This document shows positions 37,255 through 48,629 of a stretch of 64,000 nucleotides of DNA, one piece after another. The stretch comes from Phaeosaccion multiseriatum (taxonomy: Eukaryota > Protista > Ochrophyta, other classes), in the NCBI GenBank assembly GCA_965112735.1, contig OZ218950.1, forward strand, positions 620,001 through 684,000, in the 5' to 3' direction. How positions within the stretch are numbered: position 1 is the stretch's first letter; the number at the start of each line of letters is the position of its first letter. The translations under genes were made by a program, and so were the position numbers. The notes under the pieces are model-generated. The model saw only the letters and a list, made by a program, of their open reading frames with translations. It was not told the DNA's origin and did not search any database.

Positions 37255-38282
37255 TGGGTCCTGACCTTGTTCATGACTGCGATGAAGACTCTCTCGAGCT
37301 CATTGGCAAGCTGCTTGGGGGCCTCGGGACACACACACTGCGTGAACAGCAGGAACTGGGGGGGGTATGGCAGTGGATGGGGAGGAGGAGCAGCAGGAGG
37401 AGGAGCAGCAGTTGGTTATAGAGCAGAGTGGAAACATACATCCCCTTTCCTTCCTTCCTTCCTTCCTTCCTTCCTTCCTTCCTTCCTTCCTTCCTTCCTT
37501 CCTTCCTTCCTTCCTTCCTTCTGTCACTTGCTCCCGACCATTTGATGTGCTCCCATCCACTGCCATCCCTCCCCCTGTCCACCCCTCTCCCTCCCTCCCT
37601 CCCTCTCTCCCCACCCTTCCTTCTCCCTCACCTGCTCGCGACTCAATTGATATGCCCCGGACACCGGCTCGCCCGTAGTGCCCCCTAAACTCGCTCATCT
37701 TGAACGAAGCCCTCAGCACCCCCTCCACCTCCATGGACTCCTCCTCCACGGTTGCCTCTCCACTCGAGACGCGCTTGTTGCCCGACGCCACGAACCTCCA
37801 CCACCGATCGTGCATCAACACCCGGGACCAGGTCACTGTGAAACGGTGGGCCATGACCCCGTCGGCTCGGTTATACACGTCGCCCGCGCCTCTCTTGCAC
37901 CCTCCTCCTCCTCCTCCTCCTCCTGCTGCTGCTGCTGCTGCTGCTGCTTGTGCTGTTGTATCGCCAACTGCAGCATCACTAGGTGCCCCTCTGGAGGTGA
38001 TGCTGTTGCTGGAGGAGTTCTGAGCCGTGGCCTTGCGTTCCAAACCCTTCCCAGGGGCCCCTCTTACGCCGCTGTTTGTGACACTAGGACCACTGCAAGT
38101 AGTGGTCACGTTTCGTGCTCGTGTTGGTGATACTCCCACGCCGCAGCAGACCCCCTGTGCCATCACTACCCGCCCCTGCTCGTCCGTACATGAGGCCATC
38201 CAAGGCCAGCTCCCATGGTCTGTTTGGGTCTCCTCCTCCTGCGATACCCAAGCCGCCCCCCCCCACTGCTTCGAGACCGCTC
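34776..38282 (-). pseudogene. Gene B copy with frameshifting deletions in exon A
   Basis: About 23 bp are missing at ~37693 and about 5 bp at ~38111 relative to other copies. Confidence 0.75.
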
Positions 38283-38975
38283 CTGGGAGGGGGGTGAACT
38301 TCAATCGGCCGTCTCTCTTCCCAGGGGGGCACGACAAAGCCGACGAAGGGGCAGGGAGGGGGGCGTGGCGCTCCCTCCCCACTCTCTCTACTGTCTCTCT
38401 TGTTGTGATGAGAGGAAGTCAGAGTGATAGAAGGAGCGCAGCGCGGCCCCTTACGTACTTCCCGCGGGCCATCCGCTGCCATCTCCCTCCCCCTCCTCCT
38501 CCCCCTCCTCCCCCGCCCCTGTGTCCATGGTCTATCCCCCCTCAGCAACGCCCACACGGGCGACGGATTCGAATGAACAACAGCGGGTCTATGGATGGTT
38601 CAGGGATTAGTAGCAGCTCCTCGCACTCTCAGGAGGATGCTGGTGCCGGGCCCGTGCTGGGCGGTGCTGACTCGGAGTGAGCCCCTACCTCGCGCGAACG
38701 AAACCTTGAGCCCTCATTTACACTCTTGTTTGTAAAGAAGCTCACCACTGCACATAGAAATACATCCAAATTCACACACGCCACGTTCATAAGCCCCCAA
38801 GTCACCGTTACTCGGCCCCTTCCACCGCAGTGAAGCGATGTGGGTGGCGACTGTTTTCATCAAGGTCCATCACGTGTATTGACTTACTGTACTCTTCACA
38901 CCCACTGTACGAACCAAGCCTCAAGCTTCACCACGGCGAAGAAAACGGTGAGGCGGACGGAAGGCCATCGGGTCA

Positions 38976-39890
38976 CTAAATCCCAAGTCCCGAGCTATCA
39001 GCAGCAGGGCCCTCCACACGCACGCACGCTCGCAGCGCCTTCCGTCCGCGCCTCTTATTCTCACTCGCCGTCACCATGCTCTCCTCCAGCACCGTCCACT
39101 CCTCCTTCAGCTTGTCGTCATCATCATCCTCCCCTACTTCTCCTGAGCGATAGCGGTGGTAGGCAGACACAAAGCCTCGGATCGTGCTCTCCAGGCTCGC
39201 CCCCTTCCTCTTTGTGCGCACAGCGAGGTGGGGCAGCAGCAACACTTTACTCCGGCCCACAGCCACCACCACGCCATTCGATAGCTCCCTGCCCCGACGG
39301 CCGCAGAAGGCCGTGGCAGCATCAGCCCCGCCATCTTCCAGCCCTCTCCACAGGTCGCAGGGCAGTTGAATCTCGTCCCAGACATGAAGCCCCAGCCCCG
39401 CAAGCAAACCCACCCCATTCCCATCCTCCAGTGCCTCCTTCCTCTCCTCCCCTCCCCCAGGCATTGAAGGGGCGCATTTTGCCCTCTTGCTTCCTCTCTC
39501 ATTGATGTCCTCCGCAGCTCCTCGCTTGGGCACAGGCGTACACGGGGCAATATCCTCCTTCTGCTCCGCTCCCTCCCTCTTCACTCGTGCATGCCTCTTG
39601 CACATCCCACCTTGCTTCCGTTGCTTCTCGCACCCCTCAACAGTACACCTTTTCGGTACCACCACAGCCCCGTGGGCCACGCAAAGTCCTCCCTGTCGCG
39701 ACTGCTTCTCGCACCCCTCAACAGTACACCCCTTCACCACAGCCCCGTGGGCCTGGCAAAGTCCTCCCTGTCGCGACTGCTTCTCGCACCCCTCAACATT
39801 ACACCTCTTCCGCACAGCTCCATGGGCCTGGCAAAGTCCTCCCTGCTTCGGGTACTTGTCGCACCCCTCAACAGTACATCTCTTCCGCAT
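38976..39890 (-). CDS. WRKY19-like zinc-finger repeat protein, copy 6 (4 repeats, intact)
   Basis: Windows YPK, QSR, QSR, QRK and the full C-terminal domain. Confidence 0.88.
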   Translation of the reverse strand: MRKRCTVEGCDKYPKQGGLCQAHGAVRKRCNVEGCEKQSRQGGLCQAHGAVVKGCTVEGCEKQSRQGGLCVAHGAVVVPKRCTVEGCEKQRKQGGMCKRHARVKREGAEQKEDIAPCTPVPKRGAAEDINERGSKRAKCAPSMPGGGEERKEALEDGNGVGLLAGLGLHVWDEIQLPCDLWRGLEDGGADAATAFCGRRGRELSNGVVVAVGRSKVLLLPHLAVRTKRKGASLESTIRGFVSAYHRYRSGEVGEDDDDDKLKEEWTVLEESMVTASENKRRGRKALRACVRVEGPAADSSGLGI

Positions 39891-40327
39891 TCTCACAACT
39901 CCGCGCCCTTCAAACAATCCTCCTTGCACCTCCTTCGCGTTTCTTCAAAAGAATACAAGTGCTCCCCCGTGGACAAGAAGGCTCTTAAAGCCCTTCCTTC
40001 ACTGTCTGTCGTGGTCAAGAGAAGAGAGAGAAGTCGAATGCTTATGTGCCAAGTTCAAGGCCTCCAACCCGCGCATCGGCTGAAGACAAAGGAGGATAGA
40101 TCCCCTTGCGTCCAGCCCAAGTCTTGGAGAAGAGGAGGAGAGAAGGTTGTAAAAGAGGATAATCAAAAGAGGGAAGAGAGGGGAAGATATTTCTTAAGGG
40201 ATGGGAGGGAGAGAAACAAAAAAAAATGAAAGGCGCTTTATATTTTTCAATTTCAGCGTATTGGATCTGGACGAGGAGCCCAGCTCGGAGTCCCACAGAG
40301 CTCCCCCCCGCAAACACTCTCCGAGGG

Positions 40328-40569
40328 TCGACCCCTGACACACTATCCGCTATCGCCGGCGCCAGCCGGCGCGCTATCCGCTATCGGCCGGCGCCAGCGG
40401 GCACGCTATCCGCTATCGGCCGGCGCCAGCCGGCGCGCTATCCGCTATCGGCCGGCGCCAGCCGGCACGCTATCCGCTATCGGCCGGCGCCAGCCGGCAC
40501 GCTATCCGCTATTGGCCGCGGCCGATAGCGCGCTATCGAGAATGTGGGCGATAGTGTGTCAGGGGTCGA
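40328..40569. mobile_element. MITE type 2 (19-bp TIR, 6-bp TSD CGAGGG, 32-bp internal repeats)
   Basis: tcgacccctgacacactat / atagtgtgtcaggggtcga. cgaggg on both sides. The empty site tccgaggggttcg is present in other units (e.g. ~4291). Confidence 0.93.
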
Positions 40570-40655
40570 CGAGGGGTTCGGGGCTTTACGAGGCCCAAAG
40601 ACTGAGAGGACGATACAACGCTTGCCTTGTGTCAAGAATAAGAGCTTCCTCACAA

Positions 40656-42440
40656 CTACTCTTCCGGCTGCCCATCTGCTGCTACTGCCGCTGTATCACC
40701 AACTGCTGTGTCACCACCACTGGCGAGGGCGGCCTTGTGATCATGGAGGTGTATAACGGCCTTCCCGTCGTCCACGTGTCCCTTCATCAGGCAAATTACC
40801 TCCCCATGCGGCCACGTGTTGCTCAGACCGGCCACCAGCTGGGGCAGGATGGGATGGCAGTGGATGGGGATGACGGGACGGGGGGGGAGGGGCGAAGGAG
40901 AGAGAGGATGAGTGCTTTCACTTCGAGGTGGAAGAGAAGGACATGGAGGGAGAGAGAGATAGAGTTATCCCTCCATCATACAACTGCCGACGGCTTAGCG
41001 CTAAGCAGGTGGTGATACATAGCATATGCATAGTAGTTGGTGATACATTACATGCGCTAACATGAGTCTACCCAGGCTTAAAGAAAGACTACATACCTCG
41101 CCAAGGAAGGAGCGCAGCGCGGCCCCGCACGTACTTCCCGCGGGCCATCCACTGCCATCCCCCTCCCCCTTCTCCTCCTCCTCCTCCTCCTCCTCCTCCT
41201 CCTCCTCCTCCTCCTCCTCCTCCTCCTCCTCCTCCTCCTCCTCCTCCTCCTCCTCCTCCTCCTCCTCCTCCTCCTCCCCCGCCCCTGTGTCCACGCTCTC
41301 GGTGACCATGGTCTGTCCCCCCGCAGCAACGCTGTCGGCCACACGCGCGAGGGCTTCCCAGAAGTCGAACAGCGTCAGGACTCCGTTCTGGGGTGGGCAA
41401 ACACACACACACACACACACGTGCGCACAGACGACGCATGCCCCATGATTTACATGACATGCATAGATTCATTGAGGTTAGGGGTACAGCAGGGGTTGGT
41501 GATACAGCAGCAAGAATACTCATGAGGGGAGAAGTAAGGTTCCTCCCTCCCTCCCTCCCTCCCTCCCTCCCTCCCTCTCTCCCTCTCTCCCTCCCTCCCT
41601 CCCTCCCCTCCCTCCCTCCCCTCCCTCCCCCCCCCCCCTCTCTCTCTCTCTCTCTCACCTCGTCTCTATCCCTAAGCTCGTCCACCACATAGAGCCTGCT
41701 TGCGAGGAAGCACTCCTTGACCACACTCGGGTCCAAGCGGTCGGGGCCGATGCCTGCGTGGGCGAGTAAGCTGTGCAGCAGGTGGTGATACAGCAGTCAC
41801 AGAACACGCACGACACCCACGTTCAGCATACCATTCGATCCAATCATTTCGAAGCAGGGCGAAGCAAGCAAGTGGGCAGGGCAGAGTAGCGATCAGCGGC
41901 AGGGGGGATTCAGAGCGGCTCTTTCACAGCTTTCAGAGCACATTCACAGTGTCAGAGCCTCAGACTGCTCGACGGAAATGGTCTTGAGACAAGCGGTCGC
42001 CTAAGGGTTTGAGTTTGAGTTTAAAGGAGGGAAGCGAAGCGGACACTGACACTGGCCGCTGGACATGACATGAGCACTGACACTGGCAGGCAACTGCCCC
42101 GGCCATTCCACTGGCACTGGGTCCTGGCACTGGCCAAGGCACTGACACTGGACACTGACCTGCCCCAGTCCGTGAGTGAGAAGCGCTGCAGCACCTTTTT
42201 CACCACGCCGCGCCGCCGCCGGTCCATCTTCAGAGATAAATTGTTGATAGGGTACACCTATTGGTCATTCGCCATTCGGTTAGTCATTTGTTGGTTGGCT
42301 GGTTGGTCCTTCGGTTGGTGATTCGGGTGGTCGCTTGTTTGTCTTTCGGGGTAAGCAAGTCGGCCTTGTACGGAGGACGCCACAGGATACACACACACAC
42401 ACCCATTGACTCACTACCCACCCACCTACTGACTTGCTAT
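40656..42440 (-). pseudogene. Partial gene B (last four exons) from a sub-unit duplication
   Basis: Sequence restarts at ~42456 with the region downstream of the gene B stop. Short filler at ~42440-42455. Confidence 0.8.
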
Positions 42441-42633
42441 ACATCGGCAATCCAACCCAGGAACATACGATTTAGTTTCAGTTTCAGCTTATTGGATCTG
42501 GACGAGGAGCCCAGCTCGGAGTCCCACAGAGCTCCCCCCCGCAAACACTTGAGGGGTTCGGGGCTTTACGAGGCCCAAAGACTGAGGACGATACAACGCT
42601 TGCCTTGTGTCAAGAACAAGAGCTTCCTCACAA

Positions 42634-43555
42634 CTACTCTTCCGGCTGCCCATCTGCTGCTACTGCCGCTGTATCACCAACTGCTGTGTCACCACCACTG
42701 GCGAGGGCGGCCTTGTGATCATGGAGGTGTATAACGGCCTTCCCATCGTCCACGTGTCCCTTCATCTGGCAAATTACCTCCCCATGCGGCCACGTGTTGC
42801 TCAGACCGGCCACCAGCTGGGGCAGGATGGGATGGCAGTGGATGGGGATGACGGGAGGGGGGGGGAGGGGCGAAGGAGAGAGAGGATGAGTGCTTTCACT
42901 TCGAGGTGGAAGAGAAGGACATGGAGGGAGAGAGAGAGAGAGTTATCCCTCCATCATACAACTGCCGACGGCTTAGCGCTAAGCAGGTGGTGATACATAG
43001 CATATGCATAGTCGTTGGTGATACATTACATGCGCTAACATGAGTCTACCCAGGCTTAAAGAAAGACTACATACCTCGCCAAGGAAGGAGCGCAGCGCGG
43101 CCCCGCACGTACTTCCCGCGGGCCATCCACTGCCATCCCCCTCCCCCTTCTCCCCCTCCTCTTCCTCCTCCTGCTCCTCCTCCTCCTCTTCCTCCTCCTG
43201 CTCCTCCCCCGCCCCCGTGTCCACGCTCTCGGTGACCATGGTCTGTCCCCCCGCAGCAACGCTGTCGGCCACACGCGCGAGGGCTTCCCAGAAGTCGAAC
43301 AGCGTCAGGACTCCGTTCTGGGGTGGGCAAACACACACACACACACACACACGTGCGCACAGACGACGCATGCCCCATGATTTGCATGACATGCATAGAT
43401 TCATTTAGGTTAGGGGTACAGCAGCAGTTGGTGATACAGCAGCAAGAATACTCATGAGGGGAGAAGTAAGGTTCCTCCCTCCCTCCCTCCCTCCCTCCCT
43501 CCCTCTCTCCCTCTCTCCCTCCCTCCCCTCCCTCCCTCCCTCCCTCCCTCCCTCC

Positions 43556-43586
<31 letters not shown>

Positions 43587-44982
43587 ACCTCGTCTCTATC
43601 TCTAAGCTCGTCCACCACATAGAGCCTGCTTGCGAGGAAGCACTCCTTGGCCACACTCGGGTCCAAGCGGTCGGGGCCGATGCCTGCGTGGGCGAGTAAG
43701 CTGTGCAGCAGGTGGTGATACAGCAGTCACAGAACACGCACGACACCAACGTTCCAACGTTCAGCGTACCATTCGATCCAATCATTTCGAAGCAGGGCGA
43801 AGCAAGCAAGTGGGCAGGGCAGAGTAGCGATGAGCGGCAGGGGGGATTCAGAGCGGCTCTTTCACAGCTTTCAGAGCACATTCACAGTGTCAGAGCCTCA
43901 GACTGCTCGACCGAAATGGTCTTGAGACAAGCGGTCGCCTAAGGGTTTGAGTTTGAGCTTAAAGGAGGGAAGCGAAGCGGACACTGACACTGGCCGCTGG
44001 GCATGACATGAGCACTGACACTGGCAGGCAACTGCCCCGGCCATTCCACGTTCCACTGGCACTGGCCATAGCACTGACACTGGACACTGACCTGCCCCAG
44101 TCCGTGAGTGAGAAGCGCTGCAGCACCTTTTTCACCACGCCGCGCCGCCGCCGGTCCATCTTCAGAGATAAATTGTTGATAGGGTACACCTGTTGGTCAT
44201 TCGCCATTCGGTTAGTCATTTGTTGGTTGGCTGGTTGGTCCTTCGGTTGGTGATTCGGGTGGTCGCTTGTTTGTCTTTCGGGGTAAGCAAGTCGGCCTTG
44301 TACGGAGGACGCCACAGGATACACACACACACACCCATTGACTCACTACCCACCCACCTACTGACTTGCTACATACCTTCCAGAGCGCCTCGACGAGTCC
44401 TCCGTGCTCTCTCATCACCTTGTCCACCCCCCGTGTGTATAGCCTCGCCTCTCGGTAGGCGTCATGGTCGGCCTTTGCGCTGACGGGAAGGCGCTCCTCC
44501 ATGCAACACAGCAGAGCTCGCAGGCCCTGCAGAAGGCTGCTTTGGCTCTGACTCTGGCTTGAGGGAGGGAGGCTGGAGCTGCTGCAGTTGCTGTTGTTGT
44601 TGTTGTTGGAGGTTACGATTCCTCCCTCTCCTCCTCCTCCTCCTCCCACTGCCTCTTCCCCTCCTTCTACGGCTGCTGCTGCTGCTACTACCCCATTCGC
44701 CACCGACGTAGACGTGGATGTCCGGTTGGCTTTCAAGGCTGCCGCCTTCAAACCCCCTCCTCCTTTCTTGCTGGGCTGTTTCTGACTGCGGTAGATGGCA
44801 GCAGATGTGCGCACGAGCACCTCGAGCCATTGGGGCTCCAAGAGGTGGGCTTCAGAGAACTCCGCGAGGGTCTGAATGTCTTGGGTAGCCTCGCCGTCCT
44901 GGAGGGAGGGAGGGATGGAGGGGGGAGGAGGAGGAGGAGGAGGAGGAGGAATGCGCGTGTAAAAGTGAGAGATTGGCGTTCG

Positions 44983-45014
<32 letters not shown>

Positions 45015-46072
45015 TGGGTCCTGACCTTGTTCATGACTGCGATGAAGACTCTCTCGAGCTCATTGGCAAGCTGCTTGGGGGCCTCGGGACACACACACTG
45101 CGTGAACAGCAGGAACTGGGGGGGGTATGGCAGTGGATGGGGAGGAGGAGCAGCAGGAGGAGGAGCAGCAGTTGGTTATAGAGCAGAGTGGAAACATCCC
45201 CTTTCCTTCCATCCTTCCTTCCTTCCTTCCTTCCTTCCTTCCTTCCTTCCTTCCTTTCTTTCTTTCTTCTGTCACTTGCTCCCGACCATTTGATGTGCTC
45301 CCATCCACTGCCATCCCTCCCCCTGTCCACCCCTCTCCCTCCCTCCCTCCCTCCCTCACTCTCTCCCCACCCTTCCTTCTCCCTCACCTGCTCGCGACTC
45401 AATTGATATGCCCCGGACACCGGCTCGCCCGTAGTGCCCCCTAAGCTCACAAAGTGATCAAAGGTACTTAAAATCATCTTGAACGAAGCCCTCAGCACCC
45501 CCTCCACCTCCATGGACTCCTCCTCCACGGTTGCCTCTCCACTCGAGACGCGCTTGTTGCCCGACGCCACGAACCTCCACCACCGATCGTGCATCAACAC
45601 CCGGGACCAGGTCACTGTGAAACGGTGGGCCATGACCCCGTCGGCTCGGTTATACACGTCACCCGCGCCTCTCTTGCACCCTCCTCCTCCTCCTCCTCCT
45701 CCTCCTCCTCCTCCTCCTGCTGCTGCTGCTGCTTGTGCTGTTGTATCGCCAACTGCAGCATCACTAGGTGCCCCTCTGGAGGTGATGCTGTTGCTGGAGG
45801 AGTTCTGAGCCGTGGCCTTGCGTTCCAAACCCTTCCCAGGGGCCCCTCTTACGCCGCCGTTTGTGACACTAGGACCACTGCAAGTAGTGGTCACGTTGTT
45901 GTTCGTGCTCGTGTTGGTGATACTCCCACGCCGCAGCAGACCCCCTGTGCCATCACTACCCGCCCCTGCTCGTCCGTACATGAGGCCATCCAAGGCCAGC
46001 TCCCATGGTCTGTTTGGGTCTCCTCCTCCTGCGATACCCAAGCCGCCCCCCCCCACTGCTTCGAGACCGCTC
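42634..46072 (-). CDS. Gene B copy
   Basis: Same exons and splice sites as 4377-7919. Confidence 0.7.
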
Positions 46073-46781
46073 CTGGGAGGGGGGTGAACTTCAATCGGCC
46101 GTCTCTCTTCCCAGGGGGGCACGACAAAGCCGACGAAGGGGCAGGGAGGGGGGCGTGGCGCTCCCTCCCCACTCTCTCTACTGTCTCTCTTGTTGTGATG
46201 AGAGGAAGTCAGAGTGATAGAAGGAGCGCAGCGCGGCCCCTTACGTACTTCCCGCGGGCCATCCGCTGCCATCTCCCTCCCCCTCCTCCTCCCCCTCCTC
46301 CCCCGCCCCTGTGTCCATGGTCTATCCCCCCTCAGCAACGCCCACACGTGCGAGGGATTCGAATGAACAACAGCGGGTCTATGGATGACTCAGGGATTAG
46401 TAGCAGCTCCTCGCACTCTCAGGAGGATGCTGGTGTTGGGCCCGAGCTGGGCGGTCCTGACTCGGAGTGAGCCCCTACCTCGCGCGAACGAAACTTTAAA
46501 CCTTGAGCCCTCATTTACACTCTTGTTTGTAAAGAAGCTCACCAAGAAACTCACCACTGCACGTAGAAATACATCAAAATTCACACACAGCACGTTCATA
46601 AGCCCCCAAGTCTCAGTTACTCGGCCCCTTCCACAGCAGTGAAGCGATGTGGGTGGCGACTGTTTTCATCAAGGTCCATCACGTGTATTGACTTACTCTA
46701 CTCTTCACGCCCATTGCACACACCAAGCCTCAAGCTTCACCACGGCGAAGGCGATACGGCGGACGGAAGGCCATCGGGTCA

Positions 46782-47921
46782 CTAAATCCCAAGTCCCGAG
46801 GTATCAGCAGCAGGGCCCTCCACACGCACGCACGCTCGCAGCGCCTTCCGTCCGCGACTCTTCTTCTCACTCGCCGTCACCATGCTCTCCTCCAGCACCG
46901 TCCACTCCTCCTTCAGCTTGTCGTCATCATCATCCTTCCCTACTTCTCCTGAGCGATAGCGGTGGTAGGCAGACACAAAGCCTCGGATCGTGCTCTCCAG
47001 GCTCGCCCCCTTCCTCTTTGTGCGCACAGCGAGGTGGGGCAGCAGCAACACTTTACTCCGGCCCACAGCCACCACCACGCCATTCGATAGCTCCCTGCCC
47101 CGACGGCCGCAGAAGGCCGTGGCAGCATCAGCCCCGCCATCTTCCAGCCCTCTCCACAGGTCACACGGCAGTTGAATCTCGTCCCCGACATGAAGCCCCA
47201 GCCCCGCAAGCAAACCCACCCCATTCCCATCCTCCAGTGCCTCCTTCCTCTCCTCCCCTCCCCCAGGCATTGAAGGGGCGCATTTTGCCCTCTTGCTTCC
47301 TCTCCCATTGATGTCCTCCGCAGCTCCTCGCTTGGGCACAGGCGTACAACGGGCAATCTCCTCCTTCTGCTCCGCTCCCTCCCTCTTCACTCGTGCATGC
47401 CTCTTGCACATCCCACCTTGCTGCCGTTGCTTGTCGCACCCCTCAACAGTACACCCCTTCACCACAGCCCCATGCCCAACGCAAAGTCCTCCCTGTTTCG
47501 ACTGCTTCTCGCACCCCTCAACAGTACACCTCTTCACCACAGCCCCGTGGGCCAGGCAAAGTCCTCCTTGGACCCGATGCTTGTCGCACCCCTCAACAGT
47601 ACACATCTTCCGCACAGCTCCATGGGCCTGGCAAAGTCCTCCCTGTCGCGACTGCTTGTCGCACCCCTCAACAGTACACCTTTTCGGTACCACCACAGCC
47701 CCGTGGGCCACGCAAAGTCCTCCCTGTCGCGACTGCTTCTCGCACCCCTCAACAGTACACCCCTTCACCACAGCCCCGTGGGCCTGGCAAAGTCCTCCCT
47801 GTCGCGACTGCTTCTCGCACCCCTCAACATTACACCTCTTCCGCACAGCTCCATGGGCCTGGCAAAGTCCTCCCTGCTTCGGGTACTTGTCGCACCCCTC
47901 AACAGTACATCTCTTCCGCAT
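46782..47921 (-). CDS. WRKY19-like zinc-finger repeat protein, copy 7 (7 repeats, intact)
   Basis: Windows YPK, QSR, QSR, QSR, HRV, QSK, QRQ. Confidence 0.88.
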   Translation of the reverse strand: MRKRCTVEGCDKYPKQGGLCQAHGAVRKRCNVEGCEKQSRQGGLCQAHGAVVKGCTVEGCEKQSRQGGLCVAHGAVVVPKRCTVEGCDKQSRQGGLCQAHGAVRKMCTVEGCDKHRVQGGLCLAHGAVVKRCTVEGCEKQSKQGGLCVGHGAVVKGCTVEGCDKQRQQGGMCKRHARVKREGAEQKEEIARCTPVPKRGAAEDINGRGSKRAKCAPSMPGGGEERKEALEDGNGVGLLAGLGLHVGDEIQLPCDLWRGLEDGGADAATAFCGRRGRELSNGVVVAVGRSKVLLLPHLAVRTKRKGASLESTIRGFVSAYHRYRSGEVGKDDDDDKLKEEWTVLEESMVTASEKKSRGRKALRACVRVEGPAADTSGLGI

Positions 47922-48358
47922 TCTCACAACTCCGCGCCCTTCAAACAATCCTCCTTGCACCTCCTTCGCGCTTCTTCAAAAGAATACAAGTGCTCCCCCG
48001 TGGACAAGAAGGCTCTTACAGCCCTTCCTTCACTGTCTGTCGTGGTCAAGAGAAGAGAGAGAAGTCGAATGCTTATGTGCCAAGTTCAAGGCCTCCAACC
48101 CGCGCATCGGCTGAAGACAAAGGAGGATAGATCCCCTTGCGTCCAGCCCAAGTCTTGGAGAAGAGGAGGAGAGAAGGTTGTAAAAGAGGATAATCAAAAG
48201 AGGGAAGAGAGGGGAAGATATTTCTTAAGGGATGGGAGGGAGAGAAACAAAAAAAAATGAAAGGCGCTTTATATTTTTCAATTTCAGCGTATTGGATCTG
48301 GACGAGGAGCCCAGCTCGGAGTCCCACAGAGCTCCCCCCCGCAAACACTCTCCGAGGG

Positions 48359-48543
48359 TCGACCCCTGACACACTATCCGCTATCCGCTATCGCCGGCGC
48401 CAGCCGGCGCGCTATCCGCTATCGGCCGGCGCCAGCCGGCACGCTATCCGCTATCGGCCGGCGCCAGCCGGCACGCTATCCGCTATTGGCCGCGGCCGAT
48501 AGCGCGCTATCGAGAATGTGGGCGATAGTGTGTCAGGGGTCGA
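48359..48543. mobile_element. MITE type 2, second copy at the orthologous site with fewer internal repeats
   Basis: Same TIRs and cgaggg TSD as 40328-40569; 185 bp versus 242 bp. Confidence 0.93.
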
Positions 48544-48629
48544 CGAGGGGTTCGGGGCTTTACGAGGCCCAAAGACTGAGAGGACGATACAACGCTTGCC
48601 TTGTGTCAAGAATAAGAGCTTCCTCACAA

